DNA of 64,000 nt from Mytilus trossulus (Eukaryota), in the NCBI RefSeq assembly GCF_036588685.1, contig NC_086373.1:88226001-88290000 (forward strand), written 5' to 3'. Below are positions 26,849-39,816 of this stretch, in pieces. How positions within the stretch are numbered: position 1 is the first letter of the stretch; each line of letters opens with the position of its first letter. A program made the translations under genes and the position numbers. The notes below the pieces were generated by a model. That model was given only the letters and a program-made list of their open reading frames with translations, did no database searches and was not told where the DNA came from.

Positions 26849-27289
26849 GTTTGAATGTTAACATTTATTTGTCATAGTTATATTTTTAAAGTCTTTTGAT
26901 TATCACTGTTACTATTGTTACTTTTAAGTACAAATATTTTTTAGCTAGATTTATTTATTAAATATAATCACATTTAAATTATTTTTGTTTCCCTAGAAAT
27001 ATATTTTTTCTTTTACATTTTAACCATTGCTTGTGTTTTTGATCTGTAATCCTTTTATTAATATAGTCTTTCTAATATTAATTGATACTTTTACTAGTAA
27101 ATATTTTACAAGCAGTTTAAAACCAGTAATTATTTTTTAATTTTATAAGTATAAAATATATATAAAGAAATCCTCAATCTAATTTTTTATATAAATGTAC
27201 AGTTGTCTGATGTGTTTTAAAGTGTCTCATAAGTCTATTCTAAGGCTGGATATTTGATATCTGTTTGTATTATGAATTGTTGTATATAT

Positions 27290-27677
27290 AAAATGTACCG
27301 ATAAACGATGTATGACTTGTCCAAATTTAATAGAAGAAAGTTCTATTTAATTCAAAAATGGAATGCATTTTACTGTTAAACAAAATATGTCTTGTAAAAG
27401 TTCAAATATCATCTATTCTCTCATATGTTCAAATTGTGAGGAATTCTATGTTGGAGAGACAAAAAATGAACTGCGAACTAGAATGACATTTCATAGACAG
27501 AAAACCAACCATGAAGATTTAACACTCATCAGGGCAAACGACCATTTCCATCGTTGTTCTAATGGACGATTTAAAATATTTCCATTGTATATGGTCAATC
27601 GTAAAAATGATTTTCCCCGGAGGAAGAAAGAAGACTTATTCATAAACATTCTCAACCCGGGATTAAATGATAAATAA
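27290..27677 (+). mobile_element. Penelope-like (Neptune-type) zinc finger plus GIY-YIG endonuclease 3' fragment
   Basis: KCTDKRCMTC upstream of a stop, then NIIYSLIC..C...YVGETK..LRTRM..H...H...E...I..L.P.GLN, the typical PLE GIY-YIG pattern. Confidence 0.85.
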
Positions 27678-27773
27678 GATTCGTATTTTGACGTTACATT
27701 TTTTAAAGACTTTAAATGACATTAGTAGACTCCCTTGTATTTGTTAACGTCAATCAATTGTTTTATATACAAG

Positions 27774-27825
27774 TCACATTTTACCTGAAGATCTGTGAAA
27801 GCAGTGAAAGTACTAGTAAAAGTGA
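27774..27825 (+). ncRNA. Minimal type I hammerhead ribozyme
   Basis: ttttac-CTGAAGA-t ctg tgaaag cag t-GAAA-gtac-TA-gtaaaa. Intact core, stem I ttttac/gtaaaa, palindromic stem III (agtact). Lies about 100 bp downstream of the PLE GIY-YIG stop. Confidence 0.75.
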
Positions 27826-27868
27826 TGAATTGAAATCGTTATTATCTTTTAATAATTTTCTTATATAT

Positions 27869-28700
27869 ATATCTCCATGCCTTATATATCATGTACTGTA
27901 GTACACCGCTAGATTAAAACTGACGTGGAAAGGTAACAGATGGCCACCGAAGGCTTTATTTTTGTAGAGCCCAGGTGGTCGTGTGGTCTAGCGGGACGGC
28001 TGCAGTGCAGGCGATTAGGTGTCACGATATGACAGTAGCATGGGTTAACATTGTTTGGTTGATGTTTAGACGAGTTGTGTGTGTATATATATATATACAT
28101 AAGTACGTCTGAGCCAGTGACAACCCTACAACAGATGTATCCATCGGATCGCCATCAATGATGGTGATACATGGCTGTGTACATAATGTATATACAACTC
28201 GTCTAAACATCAACCCAACAATGTTAGATCTGTAAATTTGCTTTCGCAAATTTTTGGTTCTCCCCTCGCCGGGATTCGAACCCATGCTACTGTGATATCG
28301 TGACACCGAATCGCCTGCACTGATATATTTCTCGTCTAAACATCAACCCAACAATGTTAGACCTGTAAATTTGCTTTCGCAAATTTGTTGTTCTTCCCTC
28401 GCCGGGATTCGAATCCATGCTACTGCGATATCGTGACACCAAATCGCCTGCACTGTAGCCGTCCCGCTAGACCACACGACCACCTGGGCTTCATAAAAAT
28501 AAAGCTTTCGCTGGTCATGTGTTACCTTTCCACGTCAGTTTTAATCTAGCGGCGTACTACAGTACATAATATGTAAGGCATGGAGATATTATTTTTACAG
28601 ATCAGCTAAATTATCTATAGTAAAGGATCCTACAAATTAATGTAAGATACAATCACAGAAAATAATTATATTTATAAGTACGTCTGAGCCAGTGACAACT
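27869..28700. mobile_element. Fold-back repeat with tRNA-derived (Pol III A/B box) SINE-like heads
   Basis: 27869-28050 is the inverse of ~28405-28589. A box tggtcgtgtgg and B box ggttcgaatccc (minus strand, ~28270-28283). Internal ~130-bp duplication. Direct repeat taagtacgtctgagccagtgacaac at ~28100 and ~28675. Confidence 0.7.
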
Positions 28701-31700
28701 AAATATATATATTGTCTGATCAAATATGTGGCACTATAATAAAATATTTTTTTATTTATTTTTTATTTTCTTATTATTTATTTTAGATTCGTAGTTGCAC
28801 TTTAATATGAATATGACTGTCCCTCTGGTATCTTTCCTTTCTCTTTAATAAAGTATGAAATGTAATACCTTTAGGAAAATTGAATAAAGCTTTGACCATA
28901 GACTAATACAGAAAAATGAAATTAATCTCATACGTCTGAAACGCTTTTGGTACGATTAATGCCACTGTTTTGAAATATATGTTTTATAAGAACCGATCTT
29001 TATGAATATTTTAAATTTAAGTCTAACTTAATAATGAAAATATGAATTCAAAACCTTTAATCTTTTCGTTGCCAAAGTAAAGGGTTTTCCCCCGGTATCA
29101 CCTCCGAAAAAAAGTTAATTCTACTGGACTTCGTTACATGCCCATATAATTGATTTATATCATTACAACTGAAATTATTTTATTTTCTTATACAGATTTT
29201 AAAAAGAAATATTTTAAAGAAAAATCTTTGGATTTGATTGAGGAGATTTGATGATATCAGTCAAATTTAAGAAATATATTTTTGCAAATTTTGTGTGCCT
29301 TCGTTTCAAGTGTTCACCAATTTTTACAAATTATTTATTTAGTTATACATGTAGTTGAAAGGATATACGAGAAATTTAAAAAGTTTTCGATTTCAGTTAT
29401 ATTTCAACGAATTGAATTTATATGCAATAGGTTATCGAAATCTGTGAAATAACATAAATTTTGTCCTTGATCTTAATAGATTGAGGAAATATTGAAGCAT
29501 TTTTCTTGCAAAACCAAAACTACATTGGAAGACAAACCATTTAATGAGGTACTTTAGAAAGCATCTTGTTTTACAAATTTCACAAGCATTTGCATAAAAA
29601 ATGAAACCAACACGTTATACATTTCATGCTTTCGAAGCGCTTTACTGGATCTACCATCATTAGCTCAGTTTGTTTTAGATTTTTGAGTTTGACTGTCCCT
29701 TTGGTAATTTTCGTCCCTCTTTTAGGAACGCCCGAAAGCTGAGTTTTTGAAAGTCAATGATGAATAAGAACCTGAACAGTTAAAGATTGTTTCAAAAATA
29801 GGTTTAAACAAAAACAAACTCATTTTAAGAGGAAAAATGATCTTTTCTGCTGTTGTTTTTTCTATGGTCAGGTTGTTGTCTCTTTGATACATTTCCCATT
29901 TCCATTCTCAAAAAAAAATTGTAGTATTTATTGTATTAAGTGTTGATTGGACAATGTCAATTTACCCCTTTATTTCTATTGTTTCCTGTGGTTACTTAAT
30001 TAACAGCACTTTCATTATATGTAATCTTATAGCCAAAGAACAGTTAACCAGTCGACCAAAGAACGAACTACATGGATTAAGCAAACACTTGTAAAATCTA
30101 TCAAAGTTGTAGTTTTGTAAAATTATAGTTTTTTGTCATAGATAATGAATTTTCAATATGGTCCGATAATTAGAAATGCGCTAATATATTAATGTTCAGA
30201 CATGAAATAAAATGTATCCAGCGTGAAATAAATTAAAATGAAAATAGTAAGTTTTTACGTTATTTAGTTAATATGATTGTATGCTATTCTTTTAAACTTT
30301 TTCGAATCGAGCGTCACAGATGTGTCTTTGTGACATAACTCGCGTCTGGTAAAAAATGTCAATCCTGGTATCTATGATGATTTTTTATTTTACATTGTAC
30401 AAAATGATTAATATACAGCGTGACCAATTACTCAATATTCTGAGTCAAACGAACGCAAGAAAATCATGGTAGCTCATTGTTTTTTTTACTGTTTTACATG
30501 ATGTTTTACTTTTTGTCTGTCAACAGTGGTTCTGTTTGTTTGAGTAAAGATTTTAATAAACAAAGAGATGCAGCAAGATCAGTCGATATGCCATATTTTC
30601 TGAAATCTAAAATTGATTGATAGCATTCTGTCATTTATAGGCTGGTTATAAGGTCAGTAAATGAAAATTGAAAAGTTGGTGATCATAAAAATCAAACATG
30701 TTTCGAGTGTTACTTTCAGCAGTAAAATATACTCATGTCTCTCGTCTCGTGTCGTTTGAAATATCCTGACTTTTTTTATTGAAATATTTAACAGGGTTGA
30801 TAAAAGATGTTTTTTTCATCTTGTGACATACCGACCTGTGTATAGAATATGTGAATAGAAAGCATCAATCAAATCAGAATATATATATTTTATCTTTAAG
30901 ATTATTTACATGTCTTTTTTAATAATAGGATGCTTTGCTAACTCAAATCTTGTGCATTGTTTATTTTCAGATTACATTATATTAATTTGATTGCAATCAA
31001 TATTCCTCCAAATTAGAAAACTCAGTGAAGTCATCATAGTAAGAGCTTCCGATGTTAATACATATACTAGTTATCTACTATATGAATCCTTTTCGTTATT
31101 CATTTTTGAGTATCAATTTTATAAAATTTGATCTCTTTTCTGAGCACTGGGTCGGTACTGCTGCCGTTGGAATTCAAATTCTCGGTGGCAAAATCAACTC
31201 AGGGGTCAATGAATGATGTGGTACCACAGGAATATGACAGTTGTTGTCCATTCGTTTGATGTGTTTGTGCTTTTGATTTGGGACTTTCCGTTTTGATGTT
31301 TCCTCGGATTTCAGTATTTTTGTGACTTTACTTTTTAATTGACATGAATTATGATATATCTTTTTTAAATTCTATGTTGATAAGATAAGTAATTATTAAG
31401 AAACTTAACTTTTAACCTGCTCACGAGGCACCAAATTTATAAGGTGTTGCTTTTCATGGCCTGAGAACAACTAACATGCTCTACTTAAGTTGGGTTTGTG
31501 ATGTTTGCAGTTGATCTTAAAGAGGGACAAAAGATACAAGTGGAACAGTCAAACTAATAAATCAAAAATAAACTGACCACGCCATGGCAAAACAAATGAC
31601 AAAGAAGAACAGACAAATAATTGTTAACAAGACTGAAGACTGAGCAACACGAACCCCACAAAAACTGGGGTGCTCCGGAAACGTAAGCATATTCTGCTCT

Positions 31701-32374
31701 TAATGTAGAACCCGTAGTGTTGACCGTCTAAGGTGAATTTTTTTTTAATTATAGCTATTCCTGGTCGATATATTCGTGCAAACGTGTACCTCTGAACATC
31801 GACAGGATTCTTTGTGTTATATTTTTGCTGTAACTGCTTTGTTTTAAATGCACGGAAAGGAAATGAGTAAAATGAATTCATTTTAGGTGTTCTTAATCAA
31901 ACCACTTATTATTTTCAACAAATACCGCGATGATACGACTGTAAACGATGACAACTTACAACAATTTTGATTGAATTATTGTTAATTATTTGATTTCCAG
32001 TGGCAGTTATTTCATGCATTTTAAGATCGAGAAAAAACTTTAATAAGTAATACAATTAAGTAGGTTGTGTTTATAAAGTATAATGGTATTGTGATAGGGG
32101 CAGACATTTTGCATCCACTATTTCGAAATCTTTTGAATTATGTAATGCAAAGCTCTGATTCCTTGTCTTAGTTTTGGTGTACTTGTGGTCATGTTTTGCT
32201 TCATCAGTCCATCAACGAATATATAGATTTTTGGGCTTTCAAATAGTTTAGCCTCGAGAATCACTGAAGAGAAATTAATTGTCAAAGGACGCACCTGGTA
32301 CTTATATCTCTGCAGATGGACTGTAAGACCCCGAGATATTAAGTAGTCCAGAAGCCAGTATTTCGATAATAGCA

Positions 32375-32730
32375 TAAAAAAGGGACAAAAGACACCAGAG
32401 GAACAGTCAAACTCATAGATAGAAAATAAACTTACAACGACATGGTTAAAAACAAAACTGACAAACAGAAACTTAATAGTACAGAAGACACAACATAAAA
32501 AAACAAAAGACAAAGCAACACGAACCCCACCAAAAACTGTGGGTGATCTCAGGTGCTCCGTAAGGGTAAGCAGATCCTGCTCTACATGTGGCACCCATCG
32601 TGTTGCTTATTTAATTACAAATCCGGTATATATATTCTAATTCGGTAGGTTACATTGGTGAAAAGGGAAGGCTATTATAGTTACGACATAAAGAACATAT
32701 CCAATATCATCTGTGAAACGGTTATTCCAT
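32375..32730 (-). mobile_element. 3'-tail fragment of the Penelope-like family
   Basis: Matches ~735-1068. Further tail copies at ~2160-2380, 31520-31700, 38230-38590, 39520-39815, 45590-45770 and 63170-63620. Confidence 0.75.
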
Positions 32731-33302
32731 AATGTCGAAATGTTTTGAATTAAGAAATTTAGATCCTTTTTGCATAGCAATGATATTTGTCCAGGTTTGC
32801 CTCTACTTTTCTTTTCTTTTTTGTTCAGCTTAATGTATAATGTTTTGGACTAAACGAAAGAAATGAAGAATTCTTAACTATCGAAAGTTGATCTGGTAAA
32901 GTAAATGTGTTCGTAAATTGTATTATCCAGTCACATACGGACGACTCGATATCAAACATAAACAAGAAAACGAACGGAAGCATTAAAAATAGAAAGGATA
33001 GAAACAAATCTGACATATATCAGTCACTATAAGGCCACTGATAAACAAATACATGTGAGGCCATAACTATATATGCCGATTGCAATGTATGCAACTTTAG
33101 TAATACAATTAAGTATGAGACATAGGTTCAACTAACTTTATTCAATAATAACATGTGTATAAATATATCTTCATCTCAATGCCCTAACGATATAATTTTT
33201 TGGACTACTCTCTAATAACTATAAGCATTTTCTAACCATATAAGTAACAAATAATTTTGAAGTTATTGATTTATAATAGAAGATTTAATGTTGTTATCAA
33301 TA

Positions 33303-34031
33303 TTAATTTTTGTTTTGAACTGTTATTTTGCTAAAAAACAACCCACATGTTTCACAGAATGGCGCAATGCAACAGTTCATCATGATTCCAATAAATTTCT
33401 GGCATGCCCCAGCAAAGATTGAAAAGCATCTCATATATGGTGTCCAGCACCATACATGCTCAAAGGTTAAGCACGCAAAGGTACATCCCCAATACAGAGC
33501 AATACACAATCCACATAGCAAGGTGAGTAACTTGTAACAGCAGCCTAGTCCACATCGGTAGCATTTGTATGAAAATATCCATACTTTGTCAAAACTTTGG
33601 GCACCATCTGGTTCTCCTAATACGTCCTCAAATTCAACCTTAAAATATAAAGCATATGCATGAAAAGGTGCATTTAATCAAAATATAAAAAAATGAAGTA
33701 CAAAACGAAGATAACTCAAAAAATTTGCAGAAGACCATTTGTAGTAATAATTTGTAAATGAGTCCAATACGCATAATGTTAAATTGGTTTAACATTTTGA
33801 GCTTTTGATTTTGTCATTTGATTAGGGACTTTCCGTTTTGAATAGAGTTCAGTATTTTTATGATTTTACTTTTTAACCTATATCATTATTGATGTTAACC
33901 ATTCGAATATGTCATTAAAGGAATAAAATGCACATTTGTTCGCAATAATTCTTTTCTACATAATTTTTTTTTACCTTGATATGGCTATTCAAATCATTCG
34001 GGTCCCTTCTGCTGAGATCAATATCCGCCAT
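33303..34031 (-). CDS. CAV: Caveolin paralog 6 (Cys-rich, 130 aa); exons 34031-33975 and 33638-33303
   Basis: Exon 1 MADIDLSRRDPNDLNSHIK|gtaa. aag|VEFEDVLGEPDGAQSFDKVWIFSYKCYRCGLGCCYK...TVQNKN*. Confidence 0.95.
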
Positions 34032-35630
34032 TGTGGTTATATGTCTGCCTTCAAATAGTTTCTAGCTAAAAATGAAAACATGATTTGCTTTTAACCGTAT
34101 AAGCAGTCATGATTAGTTATAAATGAAACACATGGAAAGATTTAAAACAATAGAAGTATGAGCGGAAGAATGGATCTCAAAGGAAGGTATTATTGATACA
34201 AGCGTTGCTTGGAGAGTTTCTCTTTATTCCCGTTATTTCTATTGTTTGGGTGTAAGTTATTTTCTTTTATTGACACTACTCCGTTTCTATATAAATCATT
34301 TCAAAACAAATATGAAAATTAAAAGGGACATTGCCTTTACCCTTATTCTTCTTTTTCTTTTAATTATAACTAATTACTATAGTTATGTTGTTTTGACGAG
34401 ACATTGACTGTATTGTACATTGGTATAATATTGATGCCTTTTTGTATGAAAATCAAAAACCACAGACCCCTTTATCAAAGGAAACCATCATTAGAATCTG
34501 ATAAATCTTTCTCGTCATAAATGATAAGACTCTCTCCAGTAACGGTCTCCTATTTCTGATTTTCAAATAAAAAGGTATAAATGAGCGTAAAACTTCATGT
34601 AAATTTGAAGAGCATCCGATAAAAAATAGAAAAGCAGTATTATGAAATATATATAAAAGTTCTATACCTCATTTCAGATTTTTCTGATTTTAGAAAGTTA
34701 TTCAAGAGTTTTGTGAGTGGAAACCTTCACGGAAAAATGTCTAATTTTGATTGACAGCTGATCTTCCTACAGAAAATATTTAAAGGACACAATTAATTGA
34801 CGTTTTTTTTTCTAATTTCGATGATAATTGGGGTATCATGTTTAAAGTGTAACCTTCTGGTATTCAGTAAGAAATGCAAAAAAGGGAAGGTTATCAAAAA
34901 GAATGCATAAACTCGAACACAGTTTCTTTTCCCCTTCAAAGTTCAACATTTTTAGTCAATAATTTAAGGATGCTCAGATATAATTGATCATTTCCTATTA
35001 TGTAATACAGATATTGGAGCTCTAATATCTTATTGTTTTACTATCGACTTTTGGTTGCAATAACGACCTGTCACCGAAACGCTTTCGATGTTTGTGTTAA
35101 CAACAATTGTTTTAGTGCAACTTCAGAATTTATAATTTGTTAAACTCATATACATATATATTTAACCCTTATGGTCAACTGGGAGGCATTTTTGAATATT
35201 TTACACTTTATCGTATATCTGCGGCGCAAAAAAAAAGAAAAAAAAAAAGCATATAAAACCTTGAAATACCACTTGACAACATAACTTGTATTTGAATACT
35301 TTTAAATACTCAAAAATATGTGTTTTAAATTTATCAAAAATATTTTGTAACTGACACGCAATTATCAAAAACTTTAAAGAGTAATCAGATAAATATCAGT
35401 GAGAGATTACTGCCAATCAAAGCCAGTAAATACAACCTTAAGATCGGCCTTTTTCTAAAAGTTCCAGCCCATTTTAAGAGAGAAGAGTTCAAATAGCCAA
35501 GCCTCTAATAAATTGTCATAGCACCGTTCTAATTTACTTTTGTTTTTAAAATTCAAGATATTTAAGCGGACATTCACAGTCATTCAGTCATTTACAAATC
35601 TGGGAGATACACAGATCGTACAGAATTATC

Positions 35631-36335
35631 ATGGCGGATCTTGATATGGAACACCGAGATCCTAACGCTATGAACGACCATGTTAAGGTAAAATTTACAG
35701 CCTCTTGACTTGTAATAAATATGTTGATGTTTTTAAAGGGAAAATGATGTTAATTGAAAAACGTTTTTCCTCTTGTTATCTCATTTTTAATTTTGAGACA
35801 TCTTCAAATTTCAATTGGAATTCTGGTGTCTGTTTATCAGATCGTCAAAATAATAAAAATAAACAAACGAAAAGATCATTTTACTTTTTAGTATTTTATC
35901 TTGCATCACGTCTTCCTGTAAGTGTAAACAAAACTATATTTTAATGGCTTTTAATTACTTTCAAAATATTGAAAATAAAATGTACATTTTAATCATTTTT
36001 AGGTCATGTTTGAAGACGTTTTGGCAGAGCCAGACGGAGCCCATAGCATTGACTGCGTTTGGAACCTCAGCTATAAGTGCTTCAACGGGGGAAAAAATTG
36101 TTGTTATAAGTTACTGACAACCCTGTGTGGTCTGTGTATTGCTTTACAGTGGGGATGTACGTTTGCACAACTTACATTTGGACAGGTTTGGTGCTTTACA
36201 CCTGGATTAAGATTTTGCTCTATTTATGCTGGTTGTTGCCAGAAAGTTATTGGTATCTTTGTATCATGCTGCATGGCACCATTCTGTGAAACATGTGGGC
36301 TACTGTTCAGTAAAATAAATATTACAAAAAGTTAG
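35631..36335 (+). CDS. CAV: Caveolin paralog 7 (recent duplicate of paralog 1, 129 aa); exons 35631-35687 and 36003-36335
   Basis: Exon 1 MADLDMEHRDPNAMNDHVK|gtaa. tag|VMFEDVLAEPDGAHSIDCVW...SKINITKS*. Confidence 0.95.
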
Positions 36336-37026
36336 CAACTTATCTCGAAAATAAATTGTATGAACTTTAAAGAAAAAGAAATATTTATTTTTGTACTGTC
36401 ATTATGTTATCACAAAAACAATATCAACGTAAAGTTTGTATGTTAAAATCACTTATTTTGTTTACAAGATTTGTGTAATACTTGTTTATGTTTACTTTTT
36501 AGTAAAATGGCATTAAAAGATATTATAGTGTTTATTGTCAATCATTATTATGCTAATGCATAAGTAAATACTGATACTGATACGCTTCCAGAAATGTTGA
36601 TCATGTGTTGTGACGATTTGCTTTCTTCTGTTGAACATAGAATTCTTCCAAACTGAAGCAGATTAATTTATTTTTCGACTTGTTTTATTCATAGACATAT
36701 AAAGCTGCTCATGTTTAGAAAAAGCAGTACACATTTTCGTAAAAATAATCTAAACACATATAATTAAAAGAGAATTCCAATTAATTATCATTGTTGTTTG
36801 GAAATTTTCTTCACTTTACGGAATAAACAATGAGATGGCGAGGAAATATACCACTTGTAACACTTGGTTTGATAGCTTCCGTGTATTTAAAAAAATATTG
36901 ATAGTTAATGCAAGCTTTGAAATATCATGACTGGGAAATTTACGTTCTAATCGACTTTCCTTGGTTCTAAATTAACAATGAGACGTGTTGAAATGTTGTA
37001 AAAACTAAGAAAATAAACATATTTGC

Positions 37027-38133
37027 TAGTGTTGTTAAATCGTACAGTTTTGCCTAACCGGATAGTCGGATAATCGTTCGACCGATTAACTGAATAATCG
37101 GTAGTTCAATATGGTTTTTAAATGCCTTATCTATAGTTCCCTACGAATGTACGTTTTTATAATTCGATGAATTGAAGATGGTCCTTTGACATTATAAGGA
37201 TTATTGGTGATGATTCCTGGAAAAGTTTGATTTTTGATAATCCAATACCACCGTATCTTCTATGGCGTTTGTCTCAACTTTAGATTGAAAAGTAAAAATA
37301 CTTTTTGATCTCGTCGAATCGAAAATGTCTGCAATCGAGGATTCTTTCATTTCTCTTGATGTCTCACAAAATAATGTGGGGTGTTTCAATTTTAAATGAT
37401 TAAGCCTGTTACTCGAACCATCAATCATACATTAATTACATTCACATCGGTTTGCATTTCACAATTTTTAAGTTAGCCTTTCGTTTCAGTGAGGTTTGAC
37501 AAAGCCTTGCACAATAAAGATTGCACATTCAGAAGTATAAGTACGTGTAGACCCACGTTTTCGCCAAGTATTGATACATTTCTATACGTTTTTAGCAGGT
37601 TGAGTTGCGTTCCGCTAAGCTTTGATACGTATAACTAGGTTTCTACTTCGTTTCAATTTGTTGTTGAATATTCAAAACATACGGGGCAGGTCCAGTTTAG
37701 AACAAAGGATCACTACGTTTCGATACGCCTCATTGCGTATATTACCGTTTCGCCACGCTTTCAAAACGAAGTTAAGCGTAGCTCTTTAAACGTGACAATG
37801 TGACTGGAGCTTTACTGATTTAAAATTCCATGTTCTATACTAATTATGGTAACTTAAGATCTTGCTCCGAGCTAAAAGACAAGTTGTCTAAGTTCTAATT
37901 ATTTTTTTATGTTTTTTTGGATAAACAAAAGCAATCAATCTACTGGATAATTGATATGTTAAATTAATTACTACGACGATCATTCTTAAAAAGAACACAT
38001 TTTTTTTAATGATTTCAATACACTTTTATGTCAAATCTATTAAAATTGAAAAAAGTCCGATTAACCAGTTAGCGTTTTGGTATTCGATATTTGTTCCTTC
38101 CGACGGTAAACCGATTAAACGTTGTCAACACTA
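37027..38133. mobile_element. Duplicate of the hAT-like element at 2472-3580
   Basis: Same termini; flanks gtaaatat/gcaaatat on the minus strand. Confidence 0.6.
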
Positions 38134-39816
38134 ATATTTACACATATGTACAGAATACAAAACTGGCACAATTAAGGAATTAACCTGGAATGAAAAAAAC
38201 ACATTTTTTTGAAGTAACAAACACTTAAAATTTTACGGAAGCCATCACGAGTTGGTTGACCGTTACGGTATAACCGTTTCAAAAACGATATCGGACATGT
38301 TCCTTACGTCGTAACTACAATCTCCTTCTCTTTCATGAATGTAACCTTCAGAATTAGACTATTTACCAGATTTGTTATCACATAAGCAACACGACGGGTG
38401 CCACATGTGGAACAGGTTCTGCTTAACCTTCCGGAGCACCTGAGATCACCCTTAGTTTTTGGTGGGGTTTGCTATGTTGTGTCATGTGTTCTATTGTTTG
38501 TCTGTTTGTCTTTTTTTTATTTTTAACCATGGCATTGTCAGTTTATTTTAGATTTATGAGTTTGACTGTCCCTTTAATATCTTTCGTCCCTGTTTTAAAA
38601 CAAAATCTGTATTAAGTCATATATTAGGCATGACAAGCTATGCTTATAATGCGAAAACAATTCCCCTTTATTTAATAAAGTGCGTCCGAAGTGCTTTTGT
38701 GGATTATTCTTGATGACAAACATTCAAACCCAAAGTTGTTAGTTCAGTATTTTACATGATAAAAATGTACTCATACTGTAAAACAATGCCAAAATTCACA
38801 TAAGAACAAATTTTAAAATTAGTTACATAATCTTTCTAAATTTATCAATTGATAGTTTAAGAAATGTATTCCAGAATCCATATCAGTTCCTACACGTTGT
38901 CTACATAGCTGATGAAACTGAATGTAGTAGTAATTATTGGTTATGAAGCTCACATCGTAATGCTAGAAAAAAAAACATATATTATATAGCTCGTGCATCA
39001 ATCTCATTTACTTTAATTTTCCTTCATCAGTAACACTCAACTACATAGCAAAATGAAAATGTCTTTACATGGTACATTCTAGTAAAAATCTACATGAAAT
39101 AGTGCATTTTGATCATGTTTTACAATTTACCTAAAAAAATTGTAAATATTTCACATTGTACCGAAAATGAATTCAATATATATCATATAGTTGGTGCGTC
39201 AAAATCGCTTTCTTGAATTTTCCTTCATCAGGAACGCTCATGTAGACAAAAAAAATGAACATGTCTTCATCAAGTGCATTCAAGAGAAAATGAAGAAGAA
39301 AAATGCATTTTTCATGAATAACTAATGAAATATGTTTATATTTCACATTGTACAAAAAAATGAATTAATCCTTAAAATTGAATAAGGAGTATTTTTCATA
39401 GCATTGAAGTGTATTTTCGAATGATTTTTGGGTTTGTTCGAAATATTAAAAAAACGTTAGACCTTTTAACTGCACTGTAACCATTGCGTGATATTACTAA
39501 GAAAATATTGCTTCAAAAGGATGAGTAAAAGATACCAGAGGGACAGTCAAACTCATATATCGAAAATAAACTGACAACGCTAAATACAAAAAAAACCCAA
39601 ATAACAGTTCACAATACACAACATAGAAAACTAAATACTTAGCAACACGAACCCCACCAAAAACTGGGGTAATCTCAGGTGCTCCGGAAGGGTAAGCAGA
39701 TCCTGCTCCACATGTGAAACCCGTCGTGTTGCTTATGTGATAATACATCCGGTAAATAGTAAAATTTGGTGAAAAGGGAAGGGGATTGTAGTTATTCAAC
39801 GAACATAACCGATATT

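Noticed and set aside
27969-28050. Functional tRNA gene
   Set aside because: A and B boxes are present in the family but spacing is too long for a cloverleaf, and the copies are rearranged within a repeat.
32118-32594. 158-aa hydrophobic ORF, the longest in the track
   Set aside because: The first half is the non-coding Penelope tail repeat (same text as ORFs 2159, 39497 and 45504) read through into unrelated sequence.
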